From Planctomycetota bacterium (GTDB lineage Bacteria; Planctomycetota; UBA1135; UBA2386), in the NCBI GenBank assembly GCA_039815565.1, contig JBCBZB010000012.1, positions 5,072 to 69,071 of the forward strand: a DNA stretch of 64,000 nucleotides, given 5' to 3'. A program made the position numbers and the translations under genes. The notes beneath the pieces were generated by a model. That model did not search any database. It was not told where the DNA came from and saw only the letters and a list, made by a program, of their open reading frames with translations. This document shows, one piece after another, positions 12,265-22,305 of the stretch (position 1 is its first letter; each line of letters starts with the position of its first letter).

Positions 12265-12889
12265 CGGAATCGAATCGCTCGGGCAGATCGACTACCGCTG
12301 TGCCCTGCAACGCATGCAGAGCGAACATGAAGCGGTCGTCGACGGGCGCTCGCGGGGCGTGATTCTGTTCTGCGAGCATCCACCGGTCTACACCGCAGGC
12401 CGACGAACCGAAGAAGGAACTGCCCCCGAAGGCGCAGTCGCGATCGAGCGCGGCGGTCGGGTCACGTTCCACGGCCCGGGCCAGCTGGTCGTCTATCCGA
12501 TCGTGCGCCTTCCCCACCGCGACCTCGGGGACTGGCTCCGGCGCCTCGAACGATTCGGGATGGCCGTCTGTGAGTCGTTCGGGCTCGAGGCCCGACCCTC
12601 GGTCGACGGGACCGGCGTCTTCGTCGGCGACTCCAAGGTCGCGTCCATCGGTGTTGCGGTCCGCCGATGGGTCAACCTGCACGGAATCTCGATCAACGGC
12701 CAGATGGACCTCGCTGCGTGGCACAAGATCCGCCCCTGCGGCCTCGACCCCGATCGGATCAGTGACCTCGCGTCCAAACTCGGGCGAGACGTCGAGTTGT
12801 CGGAGCTCGAGGCAGCGGCGCAGGATGCTCTCGATCTGCTCATCGATCCGGCCCTGCGCGTGGATCCGCACGACGACACTCGGTCGTGA
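12242..12889 (+). CDS. lipB: Lipoyl(octanoyl) transferase LipB
   Basis: LLFCEHPPVYTAGR. catalytic-site block IGVAVRRWVNLHGISIN. KIRPCGL. Start assigned to the GTG at 12242, because the track ORF (12044) has an implausible Ser-rich N-terminus overlapping the upstream gene. Confidence 0.8.
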   Translation: MTSADSNIGIESLGQIDYRCALQRMQSEHEAVVDGRSRGVILFCEHPPVYTAGRRTEEGTAPEGAVAIERGGRVTFHGPGQLVVYPIVRLPHRDLGDWLRRLERFGMAVCESFGLEARPSVDGTGVFVGDSKVASIGVAVRRWVNLHGISINGQMDLAAWHKIRPCGLDPDRISDLASKLGRDVELSELEAAAQDALDLLIDPALRVDPHDDTRS

Positions 12890-12916
12890 CCGCAGTTCGG
12901 CGTAGGATCGCCTGCC

Positions 12917-14635
12917 TTGGAACGCTCGATCGAACTCGACGAGGACCGCGCGCAGCTCGTGCTGCGCTTCGACTACGACAAGTTCCTGGTCGATGAAGTC
13001 CGCGAGCTGCCCGGTCGGCGTTGGGACAAGGGCTCCCGCTGCTGGCGTGTGCCGGCGAAGCACGCCGAGGTCGTCGTGACCACGATGATGCGACACAACT
13101 TCGACGTGTCGCAGCCGGTGATGGAGCTGATCGCCGGAACGCGCGAGCTGGCCGAGCCGAAGGAAGAAGCGACATCGAAGAAGACGTCGAGCCCGCAAGC
13201 CACCGACGACGATCCCGACGCGCCGCTCACGGTGTCGGGACTGAACGAGCGGGTGCGGGATGCGCTGCAAGAGCGCTTCCCCGGCCGGCTCCTGATTCAG
13301 GGCGAGCTGCTCGGGTATGACCGCAGCGCCCAACGGAAGCACGTTTTCTTCCAACTGATCGAGAAAGCCGAAGGTCAGGACCGCCCGCTCGCCGCCGTCG
13401 ACGTGGCGATGTTCGAACGCACCGCACAGCGGGTCCTCAAGAAGCTCGAGGAGAACGGGCTTGAGCTGAAAGACGGCGTCGAGATCCTGGTCGAAGCCAA
13501 GATCGATCTCTACCCAGCGACCGGTCGCTACCAGCTGATCCTCGAGGACATCCGCCCCGAGTTCACCCTCGGCAAGCTCGCTCAGTCGCGCGAACAGGTC
13601 CTCAAGGAGCTGCGAGCGCAGGGCCTCGACGCGCTGAACCGCGACAAGGAACTGCCGAAGCCGAGTCTTCGTGTCGGCGTGTTGACGAGCCCCGAGTCTG
13701 ACGGCTTCGTCGACTTCCTCACCGAGCTCGAGAAGTCCGGACTGCCGTTCGACCTCGGTCTCTATCCGGTGCGCGTCCAAGGCGAGTACTTGAAGCCGAC
13801 CGTTCTGGATGGCCTCCGTTGGTTCTCGAGGCACCAGGACGACTACGACGTCCTCTGCATCTTGCGGGGCGGCGGCTCGCGAACCGATCTCGCCGGCTTC
13901 GACGACAAAGACATTGCGATCCAGGTCGCCGAGCACCCGCTCAAAGTCCTCGTCGGAATCGGGCACGAGCGCGACCAGAGCGTGCTCGATGAAATCACGA
14001 CGTCGATGAAGACACCGACGGCGCTGGCGGCATTCCTCGTCGACCAAGCCCTCGAACTCGAAGCCGAACAGCGCGAGGCAACCCGACGCCTCGTCAACGC
14101 CGTCCGCGACCAACTGACCGAAGCCCGCCGCACCCTTCACCGGAGAGCGGCACAGCTCGAACGTGAGGTCGGACGCAATCTGATTCTCGCACGACGACAG
14201 ATCGACTCGGCTCCGTCACGACTTCGACAGGCTTCTCGCGGCGCGCTGCGGGACGAGCGCCAGTCGATCGCGCACCAAGAGACCCGACTCGTCTCGGCGG
14301 TCTCCCGTCGCAGCGAGCGCGCTCGCGTCGACCTCGAGCGTCGAGCCGAACGACTCCTGGAGACCGCATCCCGACGAATCGAACGGGAACAAACCCGCCT
14401 CGACCGCTTCGAAGATCGGCGACGACTGCTGGACCCCGAACGCGTGCTGCGTCGCGGCTACGCGGTCGTCCGCGACGAGCAGACCGGCCGGGTCTTGCCG
14501 TCGATCGACCGATTCCAGTCCGACCAACGAGCTGTCCTCCAGCTCCGTGATGGCCGTGCCGTCGTGCACGTCGAACGAACCGAACAACACCCGGAAGACG
14601 ACCGGAACGAAACCTCAGCCGATGGCAGCCCGTAA
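12917..14635 (+). CDS. xseA: Exodeoxyribonuclease VII large subunit XseA with an extra N-terminal domain of about 100 aa
   Basis: OB-fold start LTVSGLNERVRDALQERFPGRLLIQGEL. Catalytic core LCILRGGGSRTDLAGFD. Coiled-coil C-terminus. The N-terminal 100 aa (LVLRFDYDKFLVDEVRELPGRRWDKGSRCWRVP) is not part of canonical XseA. Confidence 0.85.
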   Translation: MERSIELDEDRAQLVLRFDYDKFLVDEVRELPGRRWDKGSRCWRVPAKHAEVVVTTMMRHNFDVSQPVMELIAGTRELAEPKEEATSKKTSSPQATDDDPDAPLTVSGLNERVRDALQERFPGRLLIQGELLGYDRSAQRKHVFFQLIEKAEGQDRPLAAVDVAMFERTAQRVLKKLEENGLELKDGVEILVEAKIDLYPATGRYQLILEDIRPEFTLGKLAQSREQVLKELRAQGLDALNRDKELPKPSLRVGVLTSPESDGFVDFLTELEKSGLPFDLGLYPVRVQGEYLKPTVLDGLRWFSRHQDDYDVLCILRGGGSRTDLAGFDDKDIAIQVAEHPLKVLVGIGHERDQSVLDEITTSMKTPTALAAFLVDQALELEAEQREATRRLVNAVRDQLTEARRTLHRRAAQLEREVGRNLILARRQIDSAPSRLRQASRGALRDERQSIAHQETRLVSAVSRRSERARVDLERRAERLLETASRRIEREQTRLDRFEDRRRLLDPERVLRRGYAVVRDEQTGRVLPSIDRFQSDQRAVLQLRDGRAVVHVERTEQHPEDDRNETSADGSP

Positions 14636-14867
14636 GAAGTCCGATCTCACCTACACCAAGGCCGCGGAGGAACTCCAGTCGATCCTCGACGAGATGGAGT
14701 CCGGGGAGGCCGATCTCGACGTCCTGGACAAACGCGTCGAGCGCGCGGCCGAATTGATCCGCTTCTGCCGCGAGTCTCTCGCCGGCACCGAACTCCGGGT
14801 CCAGAAGATCGTCGACGAACTTGCCGACGACTCCGAGGCCGAGCCGGCGACCAACGAAGAAGACTGA
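14622..14867 (+). CDS. xseB: Exodeoxyribonuclease VII small subunit XseB
   Basis: MAARKKSDLTYTKAAEELQSILDEMESGEADLD...LIRFCRESL is a typical XseB helical hairpin. It overlaps the xseA stop by 14 nt. The track ORF start at 14547 is a spurious upstream extension. Confidence 0.8.
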   Translation: MAARKKSDLTYTKAAEELQSILDEMESGEADLDVLDKRVERAAELIRFCRESLAGTELRVQKIVDELADDSEAEPATNEED

Positions 14868-14873
14868 GGCCGC

Positions 14874-15572
14874 ATGAACGACGAGACCACGCGCATCGTC
14901 CTCTACTTCGTCATCCTGCTGATCAGCCTCGTGTTCCACGAGGTGTCCCACGGCTTCGTGGCCAGCCGACTCGGAGACAAGACGGCCTCCGACGCCGGAC
15001 TGGTCACGCTGAATCCGTTCCCGCACATGCAGCGGGAGCCCTTCGGGACGACGATCCTCCCACTCGTCATGCTGATCTACAGCGGCGGCACGATGATGAT
15101 GGGATTCGCGCACGTGCCGATCGACGCGACCTGGGCCGACCGCAACCCACGCAAGGCCGCCTTGGTCGCGGCCGCCGGCCCTATCGCGAACGGGATCCTC
15201 GCCGGGCTCGCGTTCCTCGGTCTCTACCTGCTGGTCGAGAATCAGGTCGCCGACCCATGGCCGACCGCGCGGGACTTCTACTGGTTCGTGACGCCGGCCG
15301 ATCCGGATGACGGGTCGATGGTCGCACTGATCAGCATCCTGACGACGTTCCTCTACCTGAACACGCTGCTGATGGTCTTCAACCTGATGCCGTGGCCACC
15401 GCTTGACGCCCACCTGATTCTCAGCGGGCTGTTCCCGAAGACCGTCAAGCCGTTCTACCGCGCGATCGCCCAGCAACCACTCGTCGTGCTGGTCGTGTTC
15501 GTCGCGATGATCTTCATGGTGTTCCCCGAGATCTTCCGGCCGATCCTCAGAGCGTTGATCAACGCCTTCTGA
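14874..15572 (+). CDS. Site-2 protease (M50) family zinc metalloprotease
   Basis: HEVSHG (HExxH) inside the first TM helix. Multiple TM segments. LDG-like motif near the C-terminus. Confidence 0.75.
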   Translation: MNDETTRIVLYFVILLISLVFHEVSHGFVASRLGDKTASDAGLVTLNPFPHMQREPFGTTILPLVMLIYSGGTMMMGFAHVPIDATWADRNPRKAALVAAAGPIANGILAGLAFLGLYLLVENQVADPWPTARDFYWFVTPADPDDGSMVALISILTTFLYLNTLLMVFNLMPWPPLDAHLILSGLFPKTVKPFYRAIAQQPLVVLVVFVAMIFMVFPEIFRPILRALINAF

Positions 15573-15578
15573 TCGAAC

Positions 15579-16502
15579 TCAGTTCGGCGGCACCGGCTTG
15601 AGCGGCATGAACACCTCGTCGGCCGCGACCCGGGAACGCACCCGGACCAGCGCGCGACGAAGGGCGTGAGCCGAACGTCCGCTGGTCGCTGCGATCAGAT
15701 CGTCGAGCAGCCCGGCGAATACCTCGGCATCCGGCACGTCCGCGATGCGGTGCAGTCCGGCCTCACGGTCTCCGCGCTCCCGCAGGTAGCGCAGGCAGTC
15801 GGCCTTGGTGACAGTCCGACCACCGTGGCGAGGATCGACGAGCACCCGCCGGTCGCCATGGACCCGAACGAGGAAGTAGTCACCGAGGCGAACCGGCGAA
15901 CACTCGAGGCCCGCGCGACGACCGATGGCGAGGTAGAGCGCGCAGATCGCGGCCGCCGAACCGACTCGGGAGCTGAGGACGCGAGACGGCAGGAGCGCCT
16001 CTCGCTCGAACGGGTGATCGAGCACCTCGAACCCCGCCTCGTGGCCGAGCTGGCCGACCAGGTGACGAGCCTGAGTACGGCTCGTTCGTCCCTCGACGAC
16101 CTCACGCAACGGCGCGACGAAAGCCTCCAACTGACGGTCGAACGCACCAGGCTCGAAGTCCTCCGTGCGCGAGAACCGGTGCAGCGCATCGAGCGCATAC
16201 TCGAGCTGGAATCGTCCGCCGCGCGGTCGCGCCATCGCTGCGACTTCGTCGGCGAGGAGCTGGAGATCGATCCGATCGAGCAGGCGCCTCGCGCGCGTCC
16301 GGACCTGAGGATCCGCGTCCCGGCACATCTCGGCTAGAACGATGCGCGCAGGCCGCCCCCAAGCGACCAGGCAACCCTCGACCCGACGCACGACCCGCGG
16401 GTCGTCATCGGTCAGCAAACGGATCGCCGCCTCGATATTCGAGCGCCGCGTTCGTTCGGTCTGCATTCCCTTCATCCAGTTCAGTGCTTCGCTCGGACAC
16501 AC
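15579..16502 (-). CDS. Transglutaminase-like (SirB1/YchA family) protein with N-terminal helical repeats
   Basis: GRRAGLECSPVRLGDYFLVRV...VLVDPRHGG matches the Transglut_core2/SirB1 core. The start is uncertain (Met at 16502, 16475 or 16466). Confidence 0.6.
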   Translation of the reverse strand: MCPSEALNWMKGMQTERTRRSNIEAAIRLLTDDDPRVVRRVEGCLVAWGRPARIVLAEMCRDADPQVRTRARRLLDRIDLQLLADEVAAMARPRGGRFQLEYALDALHRFSRTEDFEPGAFDRQLEAFVAPLREVVEGRTSRTQARHLVGQLGHEAGFEVLDHPFEREALLPSRVLSSRVGSAAAICALYLAIGRRAGLECSPVRLGDYFLVRVHGDRRVLVDPRHGGRTVTKADCLRYLRERGDREAGLHRIADVPDAEVFAGLLDDLIAATSGRSAHALRRALVRVRSRVAADEVFMPLKPVPPN

Positions 16503-16660
16503 ACCCTGAGCGTCCGGCGGATGCGGATCCTACGTCTGCAGAGACTGGACCGAGGACCTCCACTTGATGAGACTCGGGGGTGGCCAATCACCCGGTAGGC
16601 GAAGCGCCGATGACACCGATGTCGAACGCGCTCCCGTTCTCGGACCAAACGAGATCTCAA

Positions 16661-18472
16661 ATGGCGAAACAGCGACTGGCGGCTCTTTTCCTGTGCCTCG
16701 CGGGCTCCGTGACGGCGCAACAGCCCGCATCCACCGCGAGCGGCCCCGTTCAGTACACCGTGCGCGCGACGACCGTAGATGCGGATGAACGCGGTCGTAT
16801 TCCGGTCGAGGTGACGATGCGTTGGCGGCACAGCGGAGGAACTCGTGCGGTCCTGCAGATGCCGCACTGGACTCCGGGCTCCTACCGCTTGCGAGACTTC
16901 CCCGAACGGGTGGATGTCTTGTCGGCTCGCTGCGAGACCGGCCGCGACCCGCTCGAAGTCTCCGTGCGCGAGGTCACCGAGGGTCGCTTCGATCTTCAGC
17001 CGCTGTCGCCGTCCGAGGTCGTGGTCGAGACCCGGGTCTGGCTGCTGGAGGCGGATCGGTTCATGCACCCCGGGCCGGGTCGCACGGCGCTGACCTACGA
17101 GGGGCCTCAGATGTATCTCTACATCGAGGGCGAGAAAGACCGGCCCTGCGAGGTCACCTTCGACCTCCCTGAGGGCTGGGAAGCCGCCTCGGGTCTCCAT
17201 CCGAACGATGACGGCACCTTCCGGGCCGACGACTACGACTTCCTCGCCGACTGCCCGGTCAAGCTCGGGACCTTCCGTCGCTGGTCCTTCGAGACCAACG
17301 GGACACCGATCGACGTCGTCATGGATGGAGCCGATACGGCGACGTTCGACGACAAGGGGTGGATCGCGAACATCCAGCGCATCACGGAGGTCCAGAGCGC
17401 GATATTCGGCGGCTTGCCCTTCGACCACTACACGTTCCTGTTCACCGCCTCGCGGATCGGCAAGGGTGGCGGCCTCGAGCACCTGACCTCGACCGCGATC
17501 GGGGCTCAGACGGGCGGCCTGGGACCGAGGGCTCGTATCAGCACGATCGCACACGAATTCTTCCACGCGTGGAACGTCAAGCGCGCACGGCCGATCGAAC
17601 TCGGGCCCTTCGACTACACCCGCCCGAATCGCACGACGATGCTCTGGCTCTGCGAAGGCCTGACTTCGTACTTCACCGACATCACGCTGGCGCGCATGGG
17701 CCAGGTCGATCTCGACGGGTTCTGGACCCGGATGGGTCGACAGATCCAGTCCCTCGAATCGAACCCGGCTCGCTACGAGATGTCCTCGGGAGACGCGTCC
17801 TACACGGTCTGGGACGATCGGCCGGTCTACGGCGCGATCAGCTACTACAACTCGGGCGAAGTCCTCGGCTTGCTGCTCGACGTGCAAATCCGAGCCGCGA
17901 CCGACAACCGAAAGAGCCTCGACGACGCGATGGTTTCGTTGTTCGAGTTCTGCACGCGCGAGGACCGTGGGTTCACCGAAGCCGAAGTCCGCGCGACCGT
18001 GAACGAGATCAGCGGCACGGACCTCGGATGGTTCTTCGATGCACATGTGAACGGCATCCTGATCCCCGACTACGCCAAGCTGCTCGCACCGGCAGGCATC
18101 GAGGTCACAACAGAGGAGCGCTCACGCGTCGTGCTCGACGGAGTCTCGACACTGACCGGTGAGAACGGGCGACTCCCGTACTGGTCCGACCCCGAGAACC
18201 CGCGGATCGCTCGCCAACGCGCGGGCGTCGTGATCGCGGTCGACGGCGAAGAGGTCGACGATCCCGACGAGCTCCGGACGCTGATCGCCGACAAGGAACC
18301 GGAGTCCCAGGTCACGCTGACGATCCGCCGCGCGGATGGGACGAACGTCGAGGCTTCACCGACGCTCCGCACGGAACGAGGCCTGCGGGTTCGGCTGACC
18401 CTCTCGGAGGAGCCCGACGACCTGGCGAAGCGCATCCGAGCCTCGATGATCGCTGCTCCCGAGGGACGCTGA
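16661..18472 (+). CDS. M61 glycyl aminopeptidase family protein with a C-terminal PDZ domain, secreted
   Basis: HEFFHAWNVKR zinc-binding block plus EGLTSYF. Signal peptide MAKQRLAALFLCLAGSVTAQQ. C-terminal PDZ-like GVVIAVDGEEV. Confidence 0.8.
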   Translation: MAKQRLAALFLCLAGSVTAQQPASTASGPVQYTVRATTVDADERGRIPVEVTMRWRHSGGTRAVLQMPHWTPGSYRLRDFPERVDVLSARCETGRDPLEVSVREVTEGRFDLQPLSPSEVVVETRVWLLEADRFMHPGPGRTALTYEGPQMYLYIEGEKDRPCEVTFDLPEGWEAASGLHPNDDGTFRADDYDFLADCPVKLGTFRRWSFETNGTPIDVVMDGADTATFDDKGWIANIQRITEVQSAIFGGLPFDHYTFLFTASRIGKGGGLEHLTSTAIGAQTGGLGPRARISTIAHEFFHAWNVKRARPIELGPFDYTRPNRTTMLWLCEGLTSYFTDITLARMGQVDLDGFWTRMGRQIQSLESNPARYEMSSGDASYTVWDDRPVYGAISYYNSGEVLGLLLDVQIRAATDNRKSLDDAMVSLFEFCTREDRGFTEAEVRATVNEISGTDLGWFFDAHVNGILIPDYAKLLAPAGIEVTTEERSRVVLDGVSTLTGENGRLPYWSDPENPRIARQRAGVVIAVDGEEVDDPDELRTLIADKEPESQVTLTIRRADGTNVEASPTLRTERGLRVRLTLSEEPDDLAKRIRASMIAAPEGR

Positions 18473-18570
18473 GCGCACGACGCTGCTCGAGACGATCCTG
18501 TTGGCGCGAAGTGAGCTACCCGCCCGGGGAGTGAGAGAAGCCTCTCGCTCGACCCGGGCTGGGAGCTGAG

Positions 18571-18656
18571 TGCCGAGAACAGGACTTGAACCTGCACGTC
18601 CAGTTAAGGACACCAGCCCCTCAAGCTGGCGCGTCTACCAATTCCGCCATCTCGGC
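18571..18656 (-). tRNA. tRNA-Leu (anticodon GAG), type II with a long variable arm
   Basis: Acceptor GCCGAGA/TCTCGGC. D-arm GGCGGAATTGGTAGACGCGCC. Anticodon loop TTGAGGG. Long extra arm. T-arm GCAGGTTCAAGTCCTGT. CCA is not encoded. Confidence 0.85.
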
Positions 18657-18770
18657 ACAGAAGCGGGGGCGGAGAAGTTAGCGGGCTGCCCGATCGAGTC
18701 AAGCACGCGACTGGTTTTCAGCTCGACGTCGAAGACGCCCTGAACCCCGCCAGCGGTCCGGAGCGCCCGA

Positions 18771-20828
18771 TCAGCGGAAGTTCAGCAGCGCGCGCGCCTT
18801 CCAACGCAACTCGCGCGGGCCGAGTTCGATCTGCATGAAAGCCCGGTCGACCAAGCGCATGAACGCCTGGTTCTCACGGATGTCGGCGATCGCAGGACCG
18901 AGGAATCCTTCGCGATCCCGCCCCCAACGCCGACTCATCGCCTCCGTGACCTTGTCCTCGAACTCGTCTTGCTGGTCCGGCCGGAGCGACGAGGACGAGC
19001 GGATGCCCGGGTAGCTGTTCCGAAGGACCTGCGCCTCGATCTCACCGCGCACGTCGACCATCCAACCCGGATCTGGAACGTCGGCCTCCTCGACGAGGAA
19101 CGTCACCTGGTCCTCGGCGACCTCGACGAGACGAGGGCCGTTGAGCCAGACGAAACCATTGAGCTTCTGCCCGAGCTCGGCCTCGATCGGCTGGAAGGCC
19201 TTCATGTTGCCGAGGTGGCTCGAGTCGAGCTGCGCCTGAACCATGTTCCGGACGAGGCCGCCGGAGTTCGAGAAGATGAAGAAGTCGCGGAACAGGCAGG
19301 CGACCAGCTGACCGGTCGCCGGAATGTTCGGGCTGTTGAACTCCTGCGCGACGTCTCCGCTCGCCGCGTTGACGATCGGGAGATCGGTCAGCCGGAACTC
19401 GAAGGTCCGGTGCTGCTCCTGCATGAACCGGATCAGGTTGCGGACCTGGCCGCGGAATCGATCGTCAAGCCAGAACACCCAGGCGACATCTGGGTCCGCA
19501 CTCGGGTCGTAGGTCTCGATCCGCTCGGCTCCCTCGGTGTTGAACTGGTTCGGGTCCTGCTGACGCTTGAAGACCACGCCGATGCGGTCGCGCAGCGATG
19601 GGCGTAGCGTCTCGACCAATCCGTCGAGCGACTCGTAGCGGCCCGTCGACTTGATCAACTGGTCGATCTCTCGACGGATCTCGGGATCGATCGCCGCCGC
19701 CATCTCGCGGAGGAAGTCCGCCGCGGGAACACGCAACGCCGCCGCCGCACACGCCTCCCGTGGCACCAGCGTGAAGAACGGGTCGAGCCAGACCCGTCGT
19801 TCCTGCGGCTCGGCACGGAAGAAGTCGGTCTGGAACGACGAGTGTGCGTTCTGGTCGATGCGGATGTCCCCGAGCCAGGTCAGCGAATCCTGCTCAAACA
19901 GGAAGCTGCCGCCGAGGTCCTTGAAGCTCTTGAGGTTCAGGAACGACGACAGCACGCGCTGCTCGACGCTGTCGGGGTGGTTCGCATCTGGCCAGCCGTC
20001 GTCGAACTCGACGTGGTCGAACAGAGCGTTCGTGCGCACGAACATCTCCATCGCGTTCGTGCCCTCTTCGGACACGCCCGTGACGCCCCGCCAGTCTTCG
20101 ATCCGACTGAGGATCTTGTCGCGGTAGAGACTCGAGGTGCCGAACGGACGCGCCTCCGGGTTGTCCGGAATGCCCATCGAGTCCAGCAGCAGCGTCTCAT
20201 CGTTCGCGACCATCAGGCAGTCGCGGTGACGCCCGAGGAACATCGGTGGTTCGCCAGCAGTCTCGATCGTGAAGATGCCGTCGTCACGCGGCGTGATCGT
20301 GGGGCCACCCCCGTCGACAACGCCGGAACGGACACTATCCCAGTCGAGCATCCCGACCCCGGCGCGGATCTTCCAGCTGACTCGCATGTACGCGCACCAC
20401 GCAGCATCGGCGAGTTCCCGCCCTTGCATTCGGCCAGCGAAGATGACTTCGTCGCCGACGACGTCATCCACCAGCGACACGAATCCGCCGGACCCCGCCT
20501 CGATCTGGACCGCGATGTCCTTCAACTGGGCTTCGTAGTCCAGCAGGTCCCGTCGCAAATCCGCGACGGTCTGCCCCTTGCGCAGGTCGCGCCAGGCACG
20601 GGAATTCTCGATGTCCTCGAAGAACGCCGGAGCCGGAAACTCCCCCAGATCGTCTGCGAGGTCGTCCTTCCGCAGGAAGAAGTCGACGTCGGCTGGCACC
20701 ATCCGCCGCATGTCGTCGACGCCCGATTCGAAGGGGTCGAACACAAAGGCAGTGATGCCGATCACCACCAGCACGACCAAGGTGGCGACGATGATGCCGA
20801 GGCGCTTGAAGAGTTTGCGGGACAGCAT
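18771..20828 (-). CDS. Hypothetical 686-aa protein with an N-terminal TM anchor and a large extracytoplasmic domain
   Basis: The ORF from MLSRKLFKRLGIIVATLVVLVVIGI (ATG at 20828) has real-looking composition. The 364 aa upstream of it in the track ORF (to 21923) is antisense to the aminotransferase gene and was excluded. Confidence 0.6.
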   Translation of the reverse strand: MLSRKLFKRLGIIVATLVVLVVIGITAFVFDPFESGVDDMRRMVPADVDFFLRKDDLADDLGEFPAPAFFEDIENSRAWRDLRKGQTVADLRRDLLDYEAQLKDIAVQIEAGSGGFVSLVDDVVGDEVIFAGRMQGRELADAAWCAYMRVSWKIRAGVGMLDWDSVRSGVVDGGGPTITPRDDGIFTIETAGEPPMFLGRHRDCLMVANDETLLLDSMGIPDNPEARPFGTSSLYRDKILSRIEDWRGVTGVSEEGTNAMEMFVRTNALFDHVEFDDGWPDANHPDSVEQRVLSSFLNLKSFKDLGGSFLFEQDSLTWLGDIRIDQNAHSSFQTDFFRAEPQERRVWLDPFFTLVPREACAAAALRVPAADFLREMAAAIDPEIRREIDQLIKSTGRYESLDGLVETLRPSLRDRIGVVFKRQQDPNQFNTEGAERIETYDPSADPDVAWVFWLDDRFRGQVRNLIRFMQEQHRTFEFRLTDLPIVNAASGDVAQEFNSPNIPATGQLVACLFRDFFIFSNSGGLVRNMVQAQLDSSHLGNMKAFQPIEAELGQKLNGFVWLNGPRLVEVAEDQVTFLVEEADVPDPGWMVDVRGEIEAQVLRNSYPGIRSSSSLRPDQQDEFEDKVTEAMSRRWGRDREGFLGPAIADIRENQAFMRLVDRAFMQIELGPRELRWKARALLNFR

Positions 20829-20954
20829 GGGCGGCTGAGGGTAGCCGGATCGCCCGGCGAGGGCCTCGTGGAAGCTCGAGCCTTCGACGATCGAGAGACC
20901 GAAGCCTTCCCCAGGATTTGATAACCACGTCGGCCGTGGCTCCAATCGCCACCA

Positions 20955-22142
20955 ATGCCGGCCATCCCCGTCAGCGCGCGCGCACGCGCGATCAGCGATT
21001 CCGTGACCCTCGCGATCCAGGCCCGGGCCAAGGCGATGCGGGCCGAAGGTGTCGACGTCGTCTCGTTGGGAGCGGGCGAACCGGACTTCGACACGCCCGA
21101 GAACATCCAGGACGCAGGCGTCCAAGCGATCCGCGACGGCCACACCCGCTACACAGCGGTCTCGGGCATGCCGGAACTTCGCACCGCCGCGGCGAAGTGG
21201 TTCAACCGCCACTTCGACCTCGACTACAGCAAGGAGGAGATCATCGTGACGGCCGGCGCCAAGCCCGCGCTGTCGCTCGGCCTGACAGCCGTCCTCAACG
21301 ACGGCGACAGGGTCCTCCTCCCGGCCCCGTTCTGGCCGAGCTACCCGGACATCGTTCGGATCGCCGGCGGCGTGCCGGTACCGCTCGAAGCGGTCCCGGA
21401 GCAGGGGTTCGTGCACACGCCCGACCAACTCGCCAAGGCCTTCGCCGAGACCGGCGCGAAGGGCGTCATGTTCAACTACCCGAACAACCCTTCGGGGGCG
21501 ATCGCGACGCGCGAACAGGTCGAGGGTCTGCTGAAGGTCTGCATCGACCACAACGCCTGGATCGTGTCCGACGAGATCTACGCTCGCCTGCTCTACGACG
21601 GAGCGAAGCACGTGTCGTTCGCCGCCCTCGACGGAGGCAAGGAACGGACGATGATCGTCAACGGCGGAACGAAGAGCCACTCGATGACCGGCTGGCGCGT
21701 CGGCTTCCTCGCGGCGCCGAAGGAGATCGCCGCCGCCGTCGGTCGCATCCAAGGGCAGGCGATCGGCAACACCTGCACGATCAGTCAGCACGCCGCGATC
21801 ACGGTCTGCGAAGAGACGGATAACACCGAGCTCGAGCGTCGACTGGAAACCTACGATGGGCGCCGCCGCCTGATGGTCGAGCGCGTGTCCGCGATCGACG
21901 GCCTCGCGGTCAACCTTCCGCAAGGCGCGTTCTACGCGATGGTCGATTGCCGTCCGGTCTGCCAGCGTGCCGGAATCAACGACATCGAGTTCTGCGAACG
22001 ACTCCTGATCGAGGGCAAAGTCGCGACCGTGCCGGGAACCGCGTTCGAGCTCCCAGGGTTCCTACGCCTGAGCTACGCAGCTTCCACGGACGCGATCGAG
22101 ACGGCGATCGACCGGCTCGGGACCTTCGTAAAATCTCTCTGA
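20955..22142 (+). CDS. aspC: Aspartate/aromatic aminotransferase (PLP fold type I)
   Basis: YPNNPSGA block. PLP-lysine block NGGTKSHSMTGWRVGF. 395 aa. Confidence 0.85.
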   Translation: MPAIPVSARARAISDSVTLAIQARAKAMRAEGVDVVSLGAGEPDFDTPENIQDAGVQAIRDGHTRYTAVSGMPELRTAAAKWFNRHFDLDYSKEEIIVTAGAKPALSLGLTAVLNDGDRVLLPAPFWPSYPDIVRIAGGVPVPLEAVPEQGFVHTPDQLAKAFAETGAKGVMFNYPNNPSGAIATREQVEGLLKVCIDHNAWIVSDEIYARLLYDGAKHVSFAALDGGKERTMIVNGGTKSHSMTGWRVGFLAAPKEIAAAVGRIQGQAIGNTCTISQHAAITVCEETDNTELERRLETYDGRRRLMVERVSAIDGLAVNLPQGAFYAMVDCRPVCQRAGINDIEFCERLLIEGKVATVPGTAFELPGFLRLSYAASTDAIETAIDRLGTFVKSL

Positions 22143-22305
22143 TCGGCTCTGGAGCCCCTGAGAACCTCGAACAACGTTTCTTGAAGAAGCCTTGTTCATC
22201 CGAAATCCCGGCCTACCATCCGGTTGGCTTCGCTTCTGGCGAGGTCAGGATCCCTAGAGGCAACTCGAAGGGTCCACGAGAGCAATAGAGAGTTGAGACA
22301 AGGTT

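Noticed and set aside
11468-14140. 890-aa minus-strand ORF
   Set aside because: It is antisense to lipB and xseA, which have clear catalytic motifs. Its composition is low-complexity (Arg/Leu/Glu/Val-rich) with no motifs, a high-GC shadow ORF. The same reasoning applies to 16481..18046 (antisense to the M61 peptidase), 31356..33062 (antisense to flotillin), 43590..45170 (antisense to the SGDH protein) and 54889..57873 (antisense to asnB/icd).
20829-21923. N-terminal 364 aa of the 1050-aa minus-strand ORF (18771..21923)
   Set aside because: This segment is antisense to the well-supported aspartate aminotransferase gene. It is Arg/Asp/Val-rich, as shadow frames of high-GC coding DNA typically are. 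A genuine start with a TM helix (MLSRKLFKRLGIIV) lies at 20828.
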